Under the pieces are notes generated by a model that did not search any database, was not told where the DNA came from, and saw nothing but the letters and a program-made list of their open reading frames with translations. Positions 58,270 through 64,000 of a stretch of 64,000 nt of DNA are shown here, piece after piece (the stretch's first letter is position 1; every line of letters starts with the position of its first letter). The DNA is from Eledone cirrhosa (taxonomy: Eukaryota), in the NCBI GenBank assembly GCA_964016885.1, contig OZ024742.1, positions 230,702,001 to 230,766,000 on the forward strand. The letters are read 5' to 3'. The position numbers and the translations under genes were made by a program.

Positions 58270-58477
58270 AAGGCGCGTGGCTGAGTGGTTAGAGAATTGG
58301 ATTAATGAGGTTGTGAGTTCGATTCCTGGACTGGGCGATGCGTTATGTCCCTGAGCAAGACGCTTTATTTCACGCTGCGCCTTCTACCTGGAGTTGCCAC
58401 CGATAGATAATATTAACAATTGGAAAGACCAACGGAAACATTGTTTCCTCGGTCCGATTTGACGAAAGTCGATCGAC
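58270..58477 (+). mobile_element. tRNA-derived SINE with 3' GAAA-loop hairpin
   Basis: A and B boxes; homologous to 4312-4525. Confidence 0.75.
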
Positions 58478-58699
58478 TGTCGATATATATATAAACTATA
58501 GTGGGGAGATCTATATATAAGCGAAGTTAGATAGAATTCTTTTTTGTCTATCCTGTTTATACTCCCAGAATTAGAGGTTTTTCTCATTCAATTTTGATAT
58601 ATAATATTGCTTCTCTGAGAGATTTCTTTCATCGAGATGTTTAACTATTAGAGACAAATTAACCTTTAATTAATATATCTAAAATGTCTAAAATCTGTC

Positions 58700-58937
58700 T
58701 TAAACCAGAAGGCTCATTTGGCCGGTGCTTATCGCGGTTTCATGGCGTGAAGTGACTGTGAGTACAAGACTCCCCCTTAACAGGACGCCAGTCTATGGCA
58801 GGGTTAAACCCCGAGTATACTGGAGCAGCGTGAAATGAAGTGTTTTAGTCAAGAACACAAGACACAACCCAGGAATCGAACCCACGACGTTATGATCGTA
58901 AGTCCAACACCCTTACCCCTAGGCCACGTGCCTCCAC
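58700..58937 (-). mobile_element. tRNA-derived SINE
   Basis: Minus head ggaggcacgtggcctag...gggttcgattcc. Confidence 0.6.
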
Positions 58938-58942
58938 AATTA

Positions 58943-58999
<57 letters not shown>

Positions 59000-59763
59000 T
59001 AAAACCGCCTTTTGCAACAGTAAATAAAAACAGAAAATAATTTAACAAATGTACTTAAAATATATAACGAGTGAGCGAATTAGAGAATAATCCTAAGAAT
59101 GAGTTAAGAAAACAGGCTAGGATATATTTTTATTATATATAACAGAGAGGAACGATACAGTAAAGACCACAAATGTAAATAATTTGTTCAATGAATTGTA
59201 TCTAAGATGGATAAAATATACATTTATGTGTATGTTTTATTCTAAGGATTTAAAATTATTTTGAGAATTTGTATCTTTAGAAATTGAAATGTTCAAGGAC
59301 ATGATTACAGAAAAAAACGCGTGTATTACGAAATTAATGCTAAACCGTATTAGTGAAATTTATACAAGAGCTAATCTTATAATGGTAAAAACTACGTTGT
59401 ACTGAATGATGCTCAGCGATAAAGAACATTTAGAAATATAGTTTAAGAATATAAATAAGTTTTAAAAATTTTTTTGTTTAAAAAGAAATTAATATTCTGT
59501 TTCACAAAATATTTCAAATGAAAATGAATTAGCTATGTAACAATTAAGAATAATAGGAATTTATTTCATGATTAAGTAACCACAAAGATTTTGACCGCCT
59601 AAATATTCTAAAACATTTATTTACAAATAGGTGATAATTTATATTTTATACTGACAATCATCTTATAAATTTTTAAATCTTTGATTTATATCATTGTATT
59701 ATTTTTGTTTCGCATATGTTTACTGAATAATATCCATTCTTTTAGTAAAATTGAAATGGCATA

Positions 59764-60120
59764 ACCATCTTCCCGTTCCGCGGTGGCAAACCCCTCGTCT
59801 GGGCTGCCACTTGCACCGACACTTTCTGCAGCCGCAACATGGTGCATTCTGCGACTAACCCGGGTTCTGCTGCACATCGGGCTGAGGAGGCTAAATTCCT
59901 CAAATACCGGTCGCTCTCCGACAGGTTTGCGGTTGTACCCCTGGCAGTGGAGACTTCTTGTGTCCTCGGCCCTAGGGCTACCTCCTTACTCACCATCATA
60001 GGCGCTGATCTGGCCAGCCGCAGCTGTGAGCCCCGCGAGTTGGAGTGGCTTTTCCAGTGCGTCTCCCTTGCCGTCCTCCGGGGAAACGCCTTCTCCATTC
60101 TGACCGCTGGGGCTGGGGGG
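59764..60120 (+). pseudogene. CRE-type retrotransposon RLE 3' fragment
   Basis: Highly similar to 26734-27085; AE..K..KYRSLSDRFAVVPLAVET...LFQCVSLAVLRGNAFSIL. Confidence 0.8.
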
Positions 60121-61200
60121 GGGGTCGCGTATCATTCCATATTTAATTACGGTCGGTATGTGTATGTTTATGTTTTACAAAAAAAAAACTACAGTTCGCT
60201 GGCCACTGTTATAAAGTAAAATATTAACTATCAACTTCATTTAACTAACACATGAATATATGTTTATGTAACTGAATGATTAGAACAATGAAAATGAGCA
60301 TGGATAAATAGAAGAAATATATCAAAAGTATTCACCACTGTAACAGAAGTAACGGTTAAAATAACAACATAAAACTAATCACCACCAACATGTAATTCTT
60401 ATCTACATTGCAATTTCTCTAACAAATGCAACATTTTTCAGTTATAATTTTGTCAACGAAAATTACATTACTAACTCACCTCTACATATGGATGAGTCGT
60501 TTAGAAGTTGGCTTTGAAATTAGGAGGAGCCGGGCTCTATCCTTCTGTGTGACTCCCGGAACCAGTGTGTTTACCATAACTTTTGAGTGACTCGCGCTTT
60601 TTGAGGCGGGTGGGGACATGTAGCTGGAAATTGGGAGGTTGGATGGACATTGCCCATAATTCAAAAATTCAATGTCATATATTGTTTCACACTAATTAAA
60701 CCCCGGAAATTATATTAAATGTACTGGTGTCTGGAAAAACTTAATCAATGACCTGTTAATTTACAAAATGGACGTTCATTTGGTAGATTAACTAAATCCT
60801 TATTAACAAAATCGATCAATCGATTGTACAATAATATGTTATAAAGCTTCACTTTTATTATATATGAGACTTTGCTGTCAATTGTTACTCGAATTAAGCG
60901 GCAATTAGCAGAAGAGTTCTTGATATTCGTTCCAGATCTCTGCACTCTGAGTTCAAATCCTAATCGGGCCAACTTTGTTTTTTTATCCTTTTGGAGTCAA
61001 GTGATCCGATCAATATAATCGATTTTAATTTCCCCCGTTTGCTGGCTTTGTGCGTAAATTTGAACCCATTAAAGGCTTTCAACTTGCAGAATGGTTAGAG
61101 GTACCTTGGGGTATTATAAATCCCACCGCGACAAAATGTACATTTCATGCTGTCGGGTTCTATAAATGAAGCACCATTCAAGCATTGAAATTGATTTGTC

Positions 61201-61351
<151 letters not shown>

Positions 61352-61943
61352 GTAGATAGATAGACAGATAGATATATCTCACACACGCACACACACAAAC
61401 ATTCTCTTTCTCTCTCTCTCTCTCTGTCTCACTCTATTTCTCTCTCTATCTATCGCTATCTCTCTCTCACACAAAGGAGTGTTCTCATCAATATCCCAAC
61501 AACCTATTCCCCACTACCATACCGAGGTCATGGACAGAAAGAAAGGAAGCTTTTACTCTCGTATTCTAATTACATAATCTTTGATGCTATTGTTCCCCCT
61601 TTAATAACATATCTAGTTTTCAATTATTCCACCCATCAATAACAAATCTTTGGTAAACTATTGTTTTCTAGCTTCATTAATCTTTCCCTTTTTGTCTGAT
61701 TGTAAATTATTTTTCCACCAATAGTTTTCTAGCATCTTTCTTTTATGTTTTTTACTACTTGTCTTTCGCTTCGTTTACTCTTTTACTATGTACTTTTCCT
61801 CATCTTCCTAATATATCTTTCCCCAAAATTAACATGATTCTGTGCTGGAATAAAATCTCGTTTTAAACAGTTTCATCGACTAACTCTCAAGTATCCACTA
61901 TATTTTTTTTACTAACTTCTGTTTCATATATATATATGTGTGG

Positions 61944-62006
61944 TGTGGTGACAGTCAAGTGTGCAATTTTCAACTGTTGAAAATTGCAAACTTGACTGTC
62001 ACCACA
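61944..62006. repeat. 31-bp-arm hairpin immediately 5' of a hammerhead
   Basis: tgtggtgacagtcaagtgtgcaattttcaac-t-gttgaaaattgcaaacttgactgtcaccaca (one mismatch). Confidence 0.85.
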
Positions 62007-62011
62007 CATTA

Positions 62012-62050
62012 TGAACCTGAAGATTGAGAAAGCATGAAAGTACTTGTTCA
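62012..62050 (+). ncRNA. Minimal type I hammerhead ribozyme (family I)
   Basis: tgaac CTGAAGA ttgagaaagcat GAAA GTAC TT gttca; helix I tgaac/gttca, palindromic AGTACT helix III, CUU triplet. Confidence 0.75.
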
Positions 62051-62202
62051 ATTAACACTTAACATTTAATATTCTATCATACTATTTCATTCTAATACCA
62101 TTATAAATTTTAAATGATTGTAAATAAAACGAGTAAATCAGACAAAGTTGGAATTCCTTTTATTAATATAATCTTCTATACACAATCATACACACCCGTG
62201 TA

Positions 62203-62269
<67 letters not shown>

Positions 62270-62324
62270 TTATATATATATATATGTATATATATTTATA
62301 TATATATATTTATATATATATATT

Positions 62325-62417
<93 letters not shown>

Positions 62418-62466
62418 GTATATATATATGTATATGTATATATATATATGTATATGTATATATGTA

Positions 62467-62577
<111 letters not shown>

Positions 62578-62578
62578 G

Positions 62579-62616
<38 letters not shown>

Positions 62617-62627
62617 TATCTATCTAT

Positions 62628-63210
62628 CTAAGGCGGGTAAAATTCCCGAGATCCATGGACGAGTTCTCTCCAGCGGTCTCTGTCCCTCATTATCGCTGCC
62701 ATGTCCTGCGTCTCCAACAGACCAGTGTCTGTCCTTAGGGCATCAACATATGTTAACCTTGGTCTTCCTCTTCCAGTGTGTCCATGTAGGGGCTCCCAAA
62801 GGAGCACGGAGTGCAATGTCAACTCTGGATGTCGGTGAGCATGTCCAGCCAACCTCAGTCTCCTCTGTGTCACTTTTGAGCTGACTTTTGGGAGGCTCCC
62901 ATACAGCTCTGAGTTTTTCATCCTCAGTGTATACTGATTAATGTTCAGAGCCATCCTCAGCATTCTCGTGGTTGAGGACTTCCTGTATTTGGGAGCAAAG
63001 ATTGGGAATACGGAAGATGATGTGGTTGAGAGGAAGAGCAAGGCCTGGGCGGCGTGCCACAGCTTGAGATCGGTGTGGAAGTCGGACCTTCGTAGAGACC
63101 TGAAAATCCGCCTCTTCATTGCTGTAGTGGAGTCTGTGCTGCTGTATGGGTCTGAGACTTGGACACTGACCAAGAGACTCACTCAGATGGTGGATGGGTG
63201 CTACACGAGA

Positions 63211-63212
<2 letters not shown>
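62628..63212. mobile_element. RTE-like LINE with 5' inversion (minus 62628-62970, plus 62970-63212)
   Basis: Plus strand VEDFLYLG...DGCYTR continues on minus strand as TRMLRMALN...EFYPP*; embedded in (TA)n. Confidence 0.88.
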
Positions 63213-63244
<32 letters not shown>

Positions 63245-63249
63245 GTATA

Positions 63250-63314
<65 letters not shown>

Positions 63315-63343
63315 GTATATATATATATATATGTATATATATG

Positions 63344-63382
<39 letters not shown>

Positions 63383-63387
63383 GTATA

Positions 63388-63510
<123 letters not shown>

Positions 63511-63533
63511 GTATATATATATATACATATATG

Positions 63534-63592
<59 letters not shown>

Positions 63593-63623
63593 GTATATAT
63601 ATGTATATATATATATATATGTG

Positions 63624-63656
<33 letters not shown>

Positions 63657-63659
63657 GTG

Positions 63660-63768
<109 letters not shown>

Positions 63769-63821
63769 ATATATATATTTATATATATATATATGTATAT
63801 ATATATATGTATGTATGTATA

Positions 63822-63970
63822 ATTGGCAGAGTGCATTGAACGTCGGATAGAATGCTTTATGGTATTCTTTCCGGCTCTCTACTCTCTGAGTTCAAAACCT
63901 ACCGTGGTAAACGTTGCCTTTTATCCTTTCGAGGTCGATAAAGAAAGTACCAGTCTACTACTGGGGTTGA
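63822..63970 (+). mobile_element. tRNA-SINE copy (related subfamily)
   Basis: ttggcaga...ctgagttcaaa...gccttttatcctttcgaggtcgataaa...gtaccag. Confidence 0.7.
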
Positions 63971-64000
63971 TTCTTTCTGTTTATCTCTTTCTCACTTCCT

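Overview
AT-rich, repeat-saturated animal genomic DNA. The SINE families and dense (TA)n/(CA)n/(TACA)n microsatellites suggest an octopod cephalopod (inference from recall, not a database result). I recognise no intact host gene, and most ORFs in the track are microsatellite read-throughs. Recognisable transposon debris: RTE-like LINE 3' ends (two with 5' inversions), a (TACA)n-associated RTE-derived non-autonomous family, two CRE-type zinc-knuckle/RLE fragments, a decayed Helitron PIF1-helicase C-terminus, Tc1/mariner- and hAT-like MITEs, and many tRNA-derived SINEs. The main observation is a set of at least eight apparently unrelated short non-coding element families in or beside (TA)n tracts that carry type I hammerhead ribozyme motifs (CUGANGA...GAAA...NUH with pairing helix I, often a palindromic helix III). 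They occur as fold-back palindromes or as ~0.5-0.7 kb units with terminal direct repeats, resembling Penelope-like pLTRs or non-LTR retrozymes. One family has a non-canonical CAGAAGA core in two copies, and several copies fold back exactly at predicted helix II. All folds were done by eye and coordinates may be off by a few nt.
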